NCBI RefSeq assembly: GCF_006345805.1
Contig: NC_042997.1
Coordinates: forward strand, 186,186,001 to 186,250,000
Reading direction: 5' to 3'
Source: Octopus sinensis
Taxonomy: Eukaryota
DNA length: 64,000 nt
Shown: piece after piece, positions 51,290-64,000 of the stretch
Numbering within the stretch: position 1 is the stretch's first letter
Layout: each line of letters starts with the position of its first letter
Made by a program: the position numbers and the translations under genes
Notes under the pieces: generated by a model
What the model was told of the DNA's origin: nothing
The model's input: only the letters and a program-made list of their open reading frames with translations
Databases searched by the model: none

Positions 51290-52059
51290 TATATACATAA
51301 ATGCACACATATACACGCGCACACGCTTTCAGATATTAATGTGCCCGTGTATAATTATCTGTATGTCTGCTAATACGTGTATACAACTCTGTGTGTGTTT
51401 GTGTGTGCGTGCACGCGCGCGCATGTCTATGTGCAAGTGTGTTTGTGTGTGCTCGTGTGACACGACTGTAAGTACGTGTTCATCTGCGAGGCACACTAAG
51501 TCAAGCTTGGCAAATATAAATAGTGAAATCTGTACTAACATACTAAATGTAATGAGCCACAAAATTTTAATGAATTAAAATTATAACCATTAGTGAGGAG
51601 AAAACCATCAGGCGGTATGTTGGCAGAACCGGTAGAGCGTCGAATTGAAAGGCATGCGGTATTCATTCTAACTTCCTAGGCTCTGATTTCAAATCCTGCC
51701 AACATTTTTTTCCCTCCTTTCGGGATTCATACGAATAAATTGCACGCTCTCTTTTTTCGGGAAGAAATTAGGTGTATTCAAATCAGGAGGAAGATGCTAG
51801 CTCCCCTGTTTCACATAGTGCCTCTACGACTTGTTGAATTCGGTGAATGATGCTGGTTTCATTTTCCGTTTGTTGCCTCAATTTGAAAAAAACTTGGTGA
51901 CAGTGGAAGCTTCAGCCGTGGCATTGAAGTGGAGAGTGTGAAGTTGGAAGGGATGAACATGCTTGTATTGTCCATATTTTTGTCTTATGATACAAAAGAT
52001 CTTCAGATGTCATTTCTGTGGAAACATATAGCAATAATAATAATAATAATAATCCTTTC

Positions 52060-52448
52060 CACTTTTGGCACAAAGCCTGCAATATGGGGGACAGGTAGTC
52101 GATTACATCGACCTCGGTATTTCACTCGTACTTAATTCATTGACACCGAAAGGGTGAAAGGCAAAGTCGACCGTGGATGAATTTGAACTCAGAGTGTAAA
52201 AATGAGCGAAATACCTATTTCTTTACTACCCACAAGGGGCTAAGCACAGAGAGGACAAACAAGGACAGACAAACGGATTAAGTCGAATATATTGACCCCA
52301 GTGCGTAACTGGTACTTATTTAATCGACCCTGAAAGGATGAAAGGCAAAGTCGACCTCGGCGGAATTTGAACTCAGAACGTAGCGGATGAGCGAAATACC
52401 GCTAAGCATTTTGCCCGGCGTGCTAACGATTCTATCAGCTCGCTGCAC

Positions 52449-52497
<49 letters not shown>

Positions 52498-52715
52498 CCT
52501 TTCTACGAGAGGCACAAGGCTTGAAATTTTATGGGAGTGAGCAAATAGATTACATCAACCCCAGTGCGTAATTGGTACATATTTCATCGATTCCGAAGGG
52601 ATGAAAGACAAAGTCGACCTCTGCGGAATTTGAACTCAGAACGTAAGGCCGGACGAAATGCCGCTAAGCATTTTACACGGTGTACTACTAACGATTCTGC
52701 CAGCTCTCCGCCTTA
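52060..52715 (-). mobile_element. Cluster of three family B SINEs
   Basis: Homology; other diverged copies at ~3290-3560, 7270-7470, 11268-11460, 13235-13410, 14190-14358, 26675-27060. Confidence 0.88.
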
Positions 52716-52812
52716 ATGAAGATAATTATAAAAGTAATCCCTTCTGTTACTGGTACAAGACACAAAGCCTAGAAATTATATATAAACGACAGGCTTCTTT
52801 CAGTTCCTGTCA

Positions 52813-52846
<34 letters not shown>

Positions 52847-53355
52847 CTTTTATTGGCCACAAGGCCCCAAGGCATTGAGGGCTATATAAAAAAAAAAGAC
52901 GAAATATAACTCTCAAAATGGTGGGGGTTTACATCAATCAAAAATGGGGTAACAACAATAATGAGAATATAACAAAAGATATTAGGCACAACACCAGCAG
53001 CTTATAGAGGCGGTTGTTATTCGATAACATCGTCTTCAGTGCTTGTCTGGTACCGAAAGGATGAAGAACAAAGTTGACTTCAGCGGAACATAATCTCAGA
53101 AAGCAAAGAAGCAGGCACAGCAGCAGCAACAGCAGCGGAGGAAGAGGTGGCTGTTCTAGCACCTTCGTTTTCATCATCTCTGTCATCTTCATCATTAACA
53201 TCATCGTCAGCAGAACAGAGGAAAAAGTCAACGAAGGACCATCTACCCTAGTGGTTCTCAACAGGGGTCCATATGGCTAAATGAGGTCCATGTAAGATTT
53301 TTGTTGTTAGAATTTATATGTCGTAAATTTGATAAACTTCCCTTCCACAATAGGG

Positions 53356-53758
53356 GCAGGAGTGCCTGTGTGCTAAGTAGCTTGCTTACCAACCACATGG
53401 TTCCGGGTTCAGTCCCACTGCGTGGCACCTTGGGCAAGTGTCTTCTACTATAGCCTCGGGCCGACCAAAGCCTTGTGAGTGGGTTTGGTAGACGGAAACT
53501 GAAAGAAGCCCGTCGTATATGCATATATTTATGTGTGTGTATATGTTTATGTGTCTGTGTTTGTCCCCTCCAACATCGCTTGACAACCGATCGTGGTGTG
53601 TTTAGGTCCCAGTAACTTAGCGGCTCGGCAAAAGAGATCGATAAGATACGTACTAAGCTTACAAAGAATAAGTCCTGGGGTCGACTTGCTCGACTAAAGG
53701 TAGTGTGCCCCAGCATGGCCGCAGCCAAATTACTGAAACAAGTAAAAGAGAAAGAGAA
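53356..53758 (+). mobile_element. SINE family A, full length
   Basis: Homology; further partial copies at ~41706-41950, 43870-44093, 44490-44860, 50948-51105. Confidence 0.92.
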
Positions 53759-53959
53759 AAATACAGTTGATCAACCAGGGCTACTAAGGAAGGACGAAGC
53801 AAGAATCTGCATATCTACAGAATACTGAGAAACTACTACAAATAATAAGGCCCCAATACTACCACCAAATCCAACACCATGGCCACCACCTTTACAACTG
53901 TTACCACCTCCATTGATCATTCTCACTAATACCATTAGCACCATCACTATCAATATTGC

Positions 53960-54790
53960 TACAAATATCACCACCATCACCATCATCATTACAATATCAT
54001 TACCACCACCGCCGCCACCACTGCTATTATGCTGCCATCATCACCACAGTCATCACCATTGTTAACATCATCATCACCATCGTCTTCATCATCATCATCA
54101 CCGTCGTCTTCATCATCATCATCACTGTCAACACGGCTTCCATCACCATCACCACCACTGTCACTATGACCTCCATCATCCATCACTATCATCAATATCA
54201 GCATCAGCAGCAACATCGGCACAAGCAACAATGACACACCATCACCACCACCACCACCACAACCACCACTACCATCACCAACACCGCCATCACCACCACC
54301 GCCATTATAACCATTACCATCATCACAACCACCATCACCACTACCATCACCACCACCATCACCACCACCAACAATACCACCACCAAAACCACACTACCAT
54401 CAGCAACACCATCATCACCACCTCCACCATTATAACCATTACCATCATCACCACCATCATCACCACTACCATCAGCAACACATCACCACCAGCATCACCA
54501 CCACCATCACCACCACCACCACTATCACCACCACCACCATTATAACCATTACCATCAACACTACCATCACCACCACCATCACCACCACCAACATTATAAC
54601 CATTACTATCAACACTACCATCACCACCACCACCATCACCACCACCATCACCACTACCATCACCACCATCAACACCACCACCATTATAACCATCACCACC
54701 ACCACCACCATCACCACCACCATCACCACCACCATCACCACTACCATCACCACCATCAACACCACCATCAACAACACACCACCACCACTC
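53960..54790. repeat. (CAC/CAT)n trinucleotide tract
   Basis: Direct reading. Confidence 0.95.
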
Positions 54791-55266
54791 TGCCGACTGT
54801 TATCACAAGAACAACGACGTGAACAAAGACATCATATAAACATGTCTCCAAAATCTTAGAACTGTTATAAGATATGGCATTGTTCTGCACAAAGAAAAGA
54901 AAAAGGGGAGGGTGACACGTGGGGGTGTTTGAGGGTAGTGGAGGGGCATGCAGAGGTAAGGAACAGGAAGTGGGAAGTGGAGGTGGGGTTTAGATAGAGT
55001 CTGCATTGTAAAAGTTGATATATTTACATGGCAGGAAGAGTAAGGCACGCAAATACACCTTCACATATACATATATACACGTGTGTGTGTGTGTATGTGA
55101 GTGTGTTGTGTGTGTGAGTGTGAGTGTGTGTGTGTGTATATATATATGTATATATATAATTTATATTATATATCTATAATATATATATATTATATATTGT
55201 ATATATATATTATGTGTATATATATATTTATATATATGAGCAACTGTATGTATGTATATATATACT

Positions 55267-55337
<71 letters not shown>

Positions 55338-55742
55338 AATATCTATATATTATATATGTGTGTGTATGTATGCATATATACATAGAGTGCTGCCATTTAC
55401 AGGTAGACGTATATACATCTATATACACACATGGCTATTAATACTCGTCCGTACACTTTCCCGTACACGCACTCACATACACGCACTCCTACGCACATTG
55501 GTACATATAGATACACATACACACACACACATGTATATGTATATATGTACATATATACACAAACGCACATATACATGCATGTATGGGTGCATGTGCATGT
55601 TGATATACGTGTGTGTGCGTGCGTGCGTGCCTTAAACAATATAGTAATCCCACATGCACATTTGCGCATGCAGGAGTTCAAGTGTACACTGCACATATAC
55701 GCATTCATGTATAAGTATATGCACACATACCCATCAGCGCAC

Positions 55743-55785
<43 letters not shown>

Positions 55786-56399
55786 TATAGATATACTCTG
55801 AGGGTACACACGCATACATAGGTGCACACACACATGCAAACACACAAGCCACATGCATTCACCTCCCACACACATATATATATATATTTATATATGCAAT
55901 AGGTATACATATACAGATACCCGCTCACACATAAGCATATGCAAGCATACACATAAGCACATATACTGACATATTTTGACATGCATTAGCACCATCTGTA
56001 CATACATACACGCATGCACATCCATACATAAGCACAAGCAAACACACATTAACACACATTCACATACATGCTCTGACGTGCACTTGTACACATAACCGCA
56101 CACACACACACACTCACAAACACGCACACATACACACAAACACACACATACGAATAAACATACACACAAACGCACATGCATTCATGCTACACGCATACAT
56201 GCATATCCACGCATACATGCATATCCACGCATACACACATACACACTCATATACAAAGCACATGCATGCATACACATAAGCGTGCATGCATTCACATACG
56301 CAATCATGCACAGACACACGGACGCACACGTACACATAGAAAGGAACCCACGCATTGAGACAGATCAGTCATTACGTATTAAGGTGAAAAAGCAAAAAA

Positions 56400-56799
56400 A
56401 AAATAACAAATAATAATAATAATAACAACAACAATAGTAATAATAATAACAATAGTAATAATAATAATAACAATAGTAATAATAATAATAATAGTAATAA
56501 TAATAATAATAGTAATAATAATAATAATAATAACAATAGTAATAATAATAATAATACCAATAGTAATACAATATAATAATAATAACAATAATAATAATAA
56601 ATTAATAATAATATAATAATAGTAATAATAATGATAATAATAATAAAAATAATAATAATAACAACAATAGTAATAAATAAAATAATAATTATAATAAAAA
56701 TAATAATAACAATAATAATAATAATAATAATACAATAATAATAACAATAGTAATAATAAGAACAATAATAATATAATAATAATAATAATAATAATAACA

Positions 56800-56832
<33 letters not shown>

Positions 56833-56838
56833 ATAATG

Positions 56839-56908
<70 letters not shown>

Positions 56909-56910
56909 TA
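56400..56910. repeat. (AAT/AGT/AAC)n tract
   Basis: Direct reading. Confidence 0.95.
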
Positions 56911-57350
56911 AGCAAAATAAAGAGGCCTTCTTTAATAGCAAGGATGGAGGCTAGAAGTGAACAACAATAAGGCGGTAACCCACCGAGTGGAGGAAATGGG
57001 ATCCAGTATACACAAATATATAGAGGCGGTTGTCAACATTGAGAGATAGCCCACCATGAAAGAAATGTACAATTTCGTAGGGAACCATTTAATAATATCA
57101 CTGTGACCTTGCACACGAAAATATGAGTGTAGCAGAAAAAAAAAAACAGAAAGACGTGACAGATATGAATGATGATCGTTGTGAGGTGGGTTTGTTTGTG
57201 CGTATTGGTGTTGTTGGGTGAGTGGTGCTGGTGGCGGCGGGCGGTGGTGGTGCGCGAGTGCGTGAGTGACAGTGTATGCACTTTTATATATATATATATA
57301 TATATAATATATAATATAGATAGATAGATAGATAGATAGATACATAGATA

Positions 57351-59913
57351 TGTTTCTTATTAGCCACACAGGGCTGCACACAGATAGAACAAATTACAAG
57401 GTAGAGCTTTTCTTTTGAAGGTATTAAAAAAAAAAAAAAAAGGAAGGGGGAGGTTCGATCAAAAGGGATCGTAAAGGAGAGAAAGAGGACAAAATAAAGG
57501 GGGGGGGTTAAAAAAAAAATTAAAAAAAAAGGGGGGGGGAGAGGAAAAAAAATGATCAATAGGGATCGTTATCACAGAATGTCAATATGAAGTGTAAAGG
57601 GGATGACAGGTCAGGTTTACCCGTGGAAGAAAAAAGCCTGCGGAAAAGACCACGGTAACCTCGGTCAATGAAGTCACATTTATATTTCTTTTTTTTTTTT
57701 TTTTTTTTTTGCAAATAAGCAACTCTCTGTTTTCGATTTCTGGGTTCATAGGACTATGCTCAAGGTGGCTTCGTCATTCATACGTGCCATTCTTGCTACA
57801 TTCACCCATCTTTTTTTAAAACATTCGCTAGACAAAACTTGCCTCCTACTCTCACTTTCCTTTTCAAGTGGTACTTGAAGAAGTTGATGAGAGATTGACC
57901 AGAGAGGAAAGTGTTTGTCTCCAATCCTTTCAGACGCGTCCACCAGATACATTCTTTCGCCATAGCCCACAAGGATGATGAAAATAGCTCTTCCTTCCCG
58001 TTTGAAGGAAGGAGGCGTGACAATATTGACGATAGACTCAGCTGATAAACCGACTCGTCCCACACGTGACAGCAGTTGTTCGACATAAGCCCACAGGTCG
58101 GAAATTGTTGGACACTGAACGAGTGCGTGCAGAACGGTTTCGTCGCTCTGATGACGCATCTCGGGCAGGTCGGCCCCGTGTTTCTCGAGCCGGTCTGTAG
58201 AGCTTATCCCGAACGGGTAGCGCTTCTCGGTAGCACTGCCAGGCCAGGGATCTCTGGAAGTTGTCCATGGGCCCTGGCCCGAAAGTCGTCCCGAACAGGC
58301 GGGTCAGGTACTCCTCGTCGACGTCCAGGTTCGCCCCGAGCTCGTCGTCGTACCTCCCCTCCACTAAACCCCTATAGAATGCTTTGGTTGTGTTGAAGTC
58401 ACTTAAGGTCGACCCAGGACGGCAGAGTTGCTTGAGAGCAACGCGACAACTCCGGTGCCATTCGCCCTTCCTCGGCCTCTTTTTGATCCACGACTGCAGT
58501 TCGGTCATGGAGACGAGCTGCGGGAAAGCGTGCCTCACAAACGGCGACCACACCTGTTCACCGTCGTCTACATAGAGCCAGAGATGTCGCAGTCTCAGCG
58601 CGTGTCTGCGCATCATCAACCACGGCATGCCCAGCCCCTTTTTTTAACGGGTGTTGACAGCAAATGGATCGCCTGACCATCGGGACGCATCCTTTCCACA
58701 AGAAGCGAAAGAGGATGCGTTGTAGTTTGGTTGATGGTAGGGTCGGGACAAGGTACGACGGTCAGGCGGTAGTAGATGACGGACGCGATGTACGTGTTCG
58801 CCACCTCCGCTCGACCTTTTAGGGACAGTTTCCTCTCGGCCCATTGCCGGGCGAGAGTGCCACCCTACTCGTTATCTCGTTCCAGTTCTTCTCCCACTGG
58901 AGGTCCGGACCAAACCAGACCCCGACAACTCAACCGGGCCGTCGGTCCAGCGTCCCACGACGGAGGCGCTGGTGGACGGCATGGGCTTGCTTCTCCAGGT
59001 GCCTAGTCGCAAGCCCACTGACTTTTCCCGTTGATTTTCGCTCCTGTCACCGCTTCGTAGTTTTTCAGTGTCTCGCCGACCAGTCGATGTGCTCGTGGCT
59101 AGACACTATGACGGTGACGTCGTCCGCGTATGCAGACACGCTCGTCCCGCATCCCAATTCTCGCGGGATGCCCCTTAGAGTCGCCAGCTTCCGCAGTAGT
59201 GGCTCAAGAGTCAATACGTATAGAAGCGCCGAGAGGGGGCATCCCTGACGGACCGAACGTGCAATGTCGAAAGGTCTCGATAGATGTCCATTTACGCGAA
59301 TTACCGAACGGATGCCTCTGTACAAGGCAGCTATCCAGCCGCGGAAGACGGGACCGAAACCAGCCGCTCTCAGGACTGCCTCCAAGTATCGATGGTCTAC
59401 CCTATCAAAGGCTTTTGATTGATCCAAGTTGATCAGCCCCACCCATGCCAGGTTCGTTAACTACCCTACCCTGTCTATGATGTAGCGCATCAGATGGAGG
59501 TTGTCATGGATGGTCCGCCTGGCACGGCGCATGTTTGCGCCTTGTCGACCAGTTTCTCGATGACAAGCGCCAACCTCTTGGCTAGCACCTTGGCCAAAAT
59601 TTTCAAGTCTGCATTAAGCAGAGTGATGGGCCTAAAGTTATCTATTACATTTCCCTTGTTTAGATCTTTCTTCAGCAGTGTTACGGCTCTCGGCTCACAA
59701 AACCAGGAATGCTCCCGTTTGGCTGCCAGTTGCAGTACACCCCGCCAAGAGATCTCCAACCAAGTCTGGCATACAATTGTAAAGCTCGTAGGGTAGACCA
59801 TCCAACCCGGTGATTTGTCCCTCGAGCATTCTGCCATCGCTTCCCGCACTTCCGCCGCCGTGATGGCACCTTCGCAGCACCCTGCCTTTCTTGTCGAGAG
59901 TCGTGGTAGGCAT
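57351..59913 (-). pseudogene. 5'-truncated Tx1/L1-clade LINE (RT, C-terminus, 3'UTR) with 10-bp TSD
   Basis: KSPGLDGLPYELY, FRPITLLNADLKILAKVLAKRL, DQSKAFDRVDH, SVRQGCPLS, SAYADDVT, ETVLHALVQCP; frameshifted; TACATAGATA at 57341-57350 and 59914-59923. Confidence 0.92.
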
Positions 59914-59957
59914 TACATAGATAGATATAGATAGTAGATAGATAGATATACAGAGAG

Positions 59958-60007
<50 letters not shown>

Positions 60008-60010
60008 ATA

Positions 60011-60173
60011 TTTCTGTTCTATTTTAAAACAAAACTGTCCGATGAAAGGGAACGTGAAACTCTGAGTAACAGCTTTGTTATATTTCTGCTGCTTTTAAAT
60101 AAAGCATATTACTCTACATCTGGTATTTGAGTACTGTTTTTGTCCACCTTGTTTCACATTTATGTACTTACTC

Positions 60174-60177
<4 letters not shown>
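60011..60177 (+). mobile_element. Second, diverged copy of the 41.5-kb HHR family
   Basis: ctgt-ccgatga-aagggaacgt-gaaa-ctc-t-gagt-a-acag (60035-60072), followed by the same ~105-nt tail into (AT)n. Confidence 0.75.
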
Positions 60178-60215
<38 letters not shown>

Positions 60216-60353
60216 AGAGAGATAAGCATGTGTGGCATAGGATTGTATGTGTATATAGGTATATATATATATATATATATATGTAATACATACATACAAT
60301 ATACACACATATTACATATATATATATATATATATATATTCACTATTATATAT

Positions 60354-60750
60354 ACTAGCAGTATCGCCCGGCGTTGCTCGGGTTGTAAGGGAAATAACTA
60401 ATATAAGCATTTTTAGAGAGTTATAGCCAAAAAATAGCAAAAAATGCATTAAAAATGAAAAAAAAATTAAGGTAATTTTTTTTTTAAATCGTTGACACAT
60501 CGTAGATATTTTTAGAGAGTTACTTCCCTTATATAAAAGCGAAAAAAATGCATTAAAATGGGAAAATATGATGGTAATTTTTTTTTTAATCGTAGACTCA
60601 TCGTAGACGCGCGCTAATACCCAGAAGGGCTCGATATGAATCACGACTATAAGATACCCGCTTTTGGTTAAACTGCACCGCAAAATGTGGGAGTAGTTAC
60701 GAATCTAAATCGTAGGAGACAGACACACAACTTCACTCTTATATAAAGAT
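60354..60750 (+). mobile_element. Helitron-like element, subfamily 1
   Basis: Homologous to 15190-15555. Confidence 0.6.
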
Positions 60751-62156
60751 GCTTTTTTTTTTCAGTCATAGAGTTAGATTTATGAAGGTCTTCAGTAGAA
60801 AAATCCTTCGAATTCTGACTCGCTGCTTGATATAATGAAATTCGTATCCATTTTTTGTCAGAATTACAAATTTTGAAAACACAATAGGACAAATTTCGGA
60901 AAAAATCTCCCATAATTCACGGAATTAAAAATTACACTTCGATTTTGTACAAAACTGTATTTGAAGTGTTTACGAAGTATAATACGTGTTTTCACGAATG
61001 TACTAAAGAGATTTACTCGGATATTCTCATTTAAATATGAATAGGTAAATTCGGGCGGTTTGGTAACGAAAGGTTTATATAGTGTCGTCTGTTTATACAT
61101 AAACACTGTTGTCATACTTTCAGTTTAGTCTTCCTCAAATCAGTCTGTCGCTATTTACTCTCTTCCAAGAACATTTTCACTCACTCTTATCTGTTAGCTT
61201 GCCATACATTTTACTCATGTATCTATCAGCGTGATAGACAGAAACAAATATTACATCTAGTTTCACTTTATTGTTGCACACTGTGTGTGTGCGTTTGCGT
61301 GTGCTGTAAACCAGACTAAGAAAAGCATTTGACATACACACCAGAATGTGAGTTTCTGTAAATTTTGCTTAATTGGAGTTTAAATTTTAAAAACTGGACC
61401 TGGCAAAAACCGATGCATTCTACTCTTAAAAATGCTAGGTAAATTGTAATTGAAGAAATCCTATATTGTAGATTTCTATAACTGACAAAGGGAGGCAGAT
61501 AAAATCTGCCTTTTATAATAAGAGATAATTATACGCGCAAATATATATACATACATATATATTATATATGTGTATGTATTATGTACACACGCACGCACAC
61601 ACACACACACACATACACCATACATATATATATATATTATATATAATATATATATATATAGTATTTAACAAGTTGTATCTTTAGGTAGTTGAAGCCATAT
61701 GAATGATAATTAGGCGTGCTGTAAATGTGTATGTATGTTATTTGTAAGTATGTTATTTGTATATAACGTCGATTACGCCTATATATGAGTATGTGTCGAT
61801 GCGTATGTATATGTGTGTATGCATGTATATACGTATGTACATGTAAGTGGATTTTACAAGGAAAACGTTGGTGGTGACTTCAAAGTTTCGATCTGCTCGC
61901 CTTAATCAGATTGTGCGTTACATGGGGTCTTTTGGCTTTATATAATCTTTAGCAAGTTGTTTTTTTAGGTAGATGAAGCTATGTGAAGGATAACTAGATC
62001 TGGTGTATACATTTATAAATTTAGTTGCATATTATTTATGTGTCTGCAGGATCGGGTATGTATATGTATAAATATGTAAATATATAATACGTATATAATA
62101 TAATATATGTACGTATGTGTGTGTGCTATATATATATATTATATATATATATTATA

Positions 62157-62191
<35 letters not shown>

Positions 62192-62204
62192 ATAAACTTA
62201 GATA

Positions 62205-63148
62205 AAACTTAGATATGTTTCAGCCAAAGATTGGTCCAGGCCATGTCTAACTTAATAGCACCACCTGATAGGATTATTCGAATCCTGTTTAAGTCAAGTA
62301 TTGTTTAAGTCAAGTTTTGTTCAAGTAGTGAGTTCTTGTTGGGTGAGTTGTATCAAGTTTTGTTCAAGTAGTGAGTTCTTGTTGGGTGAGTTGTATCCAA
62401 TTATGGGTGGCTTATCTGGCATTCTTTGAAGGGATCTATCCAGACTCCGTTTAAAGTTAATGGGATCCTTTTCCTCTTTGATCTCCCTCGGGACAATGTT
62501 AAATAGGGCAGGGCCTGTTGAGGAAAAGAAATTATGTTGCAGTGTACAGGTATGTTGTGATCTTGAATTGGGCAGGGGATGTATAGCCCGTGGTTCCAGT
62601 CTTGGATGAACCTTGAAGGTAATGTTAAGGTCGTTTGGGCAAAGTTGGCGGTATATTCTCCACATCGTACAAATGATGTACCGCTCACGGCGACGCTGGA
62701 GGGAGTAAAGTTTCAAGGCTTTAAGGCGATCCCAATAATCGAGAGCAGCCATGCCTTCAATTCGTTTAGTGAGTGCCCTCTGGGGTGACTCAATTCTGGA
62801 GATGTTTTGTCTTGTATAGGGAGACCACAGTGGGCAGCAGTATTCAAGGTGTGGCCGTACAAAGGAGGAAAAAAGTGGTATGATGACACCTTGTTCTCTG
62901 GACCGGTAAGTTCTTAAGATTCAGGAACTCATCCTACGAGCTATATCGACCTTCTTGTTGATGTGTGCACTCCAACTGAGATCGTCATCAACAATTACAC
63001 CCACGTCTCTAATATTGTTAGAGGCTGTGAGCGGTTCCCCTGAAGGAAGAGAGTATGGTTGTTTTAGTGAGGAATTTCTTCCAAAATGCATCAGCTCAAA
63101 TTTTCCCTCATTCAGTTGCATTTTGTTTCTGTCTGCCCATTGACTCAC
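62205..63148 (-). pseudogene. CR1-clade LINE 3' fragment
   Basis: WADRNKMQLNEGKF, RDVGVIVDDDLSW, VRPHLEYCCPLWSP, LDYWDRLKALKLYSLQRRRER; 43-bp tandem duplication at 62311-62396; atctaagtttt tail repeats. Confidence 0.9.
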
Positions 63149-64000
63149 AGTTGAGTATATATATATATATATATATATATTTCATCTCTGTCTATCTCTC
63201 TCCTTCTCTTGTTCTTCATCCTTTCTGGTTTTCTCTCCCGCCCTTCCCTATTCTTCCCCTCCCCCTTCACCGCTTCCTCCTTCTTACTCCTCCTCCTCGA
63301 CTCTCTCGTCACTGACACGTGATCAGAGGGAAGCCATCTTTCCAACTGCTATCTTCACCAAGACCAGACCGGCTTATCCTGTCTCTTTCATAAGCTGTCT
63401 CTTTAAGCGTTCACAATAATTTTTCTATCGTCTTGGCTTAACAACCCTCATCGTTTGTTTTTACTGTTTTGTTCTCAATGTTCTGTCTTTTACTGTTTTT
63501 GCTTTTTTATTGTTTTTACTGTTTTTGCTTTTTTATTGTTTTTACTGTTTTGTTCTTACTGTCCTGTTCTTGTTATCACTTTTACCCTCCACAAAAAATC
63601 CCAAATTCTATTTAATTTGCTTTGCGGGAAGGATTGTTTCAACTGAGTCGCGTCTTGTCCTTGCCTTCGAAAAAGCGGAGTATATGAAACAGGGACAACT
63701 GAAGAAGGGGAATATTCCTAGTGTTATATATCTTGTACTCTGGGTTTCTTTTTTTTTCGTTGTTTGAAAAAAGTTTGTTTCTATGTTTTTGTTTTTATGT
63801 TTTGGTTTCTCATTGTGTTCCACGAGTTTTTGATGTCCTGTACCCATATATGCATGAAAATATACATATATATGTAGGTATGTACATATATGTATGTATA
63901 TATGCATATATTTATATATTATTTATTATATATATATATTGAAATTAATAAAGATTTGGAGAACAAAGACTTGTACATTCAAGTTTTATTTTACAGTTAG

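Noticed and set aside
60668-61115. Two overlapping minus-strand ORFs in unique AT-rich DNA
   Set aside because: No family motif recognised; length is within chance

Overview
AT-rich (TA/CA/AAT microsatellite-laden) eukaryotic DNA with no host protein-coding gene I can support. From memory of the SINE sequences, it looks like an octopus genome. Almost all ORF-track hits are translations of simple repeats or SINEs. The window is a mosaic of three tRNA-headed SINE families, decayed LINEs (RTE-BovB x2, R4/Dong x2, Tx1/L1, CR1 x2), a fragmented Penelope-like element (PLE; RT plus GIY-YIG), a deleted mariner with related MITEs, Helitron-like non-autonomous elements, a 6x ~171-bp tandem repeat and a 100-N gap. 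The main result is a dense set of minimal type I hammerhead ribozymes (HHRs), folded by eye. (i) A ~480-bp tandem array (45255-48550, with an internal inversion, plus a solo partial unit at 44146-44468) carries an HHR in every unit, 8 copies in all, i.e. a retrozyme-like element. (ii) At least five other short HHR-bearing families are present, including a 158-bp palindrome with two back-to-back HHRs and core variants in which the 3:8 base pair covaries (C-G, G-C, U-A). Most of these end about 90-110 nt downstream in a (TA)n tract. SINE and LINE boundaries are approximate (a few to tens of bp).
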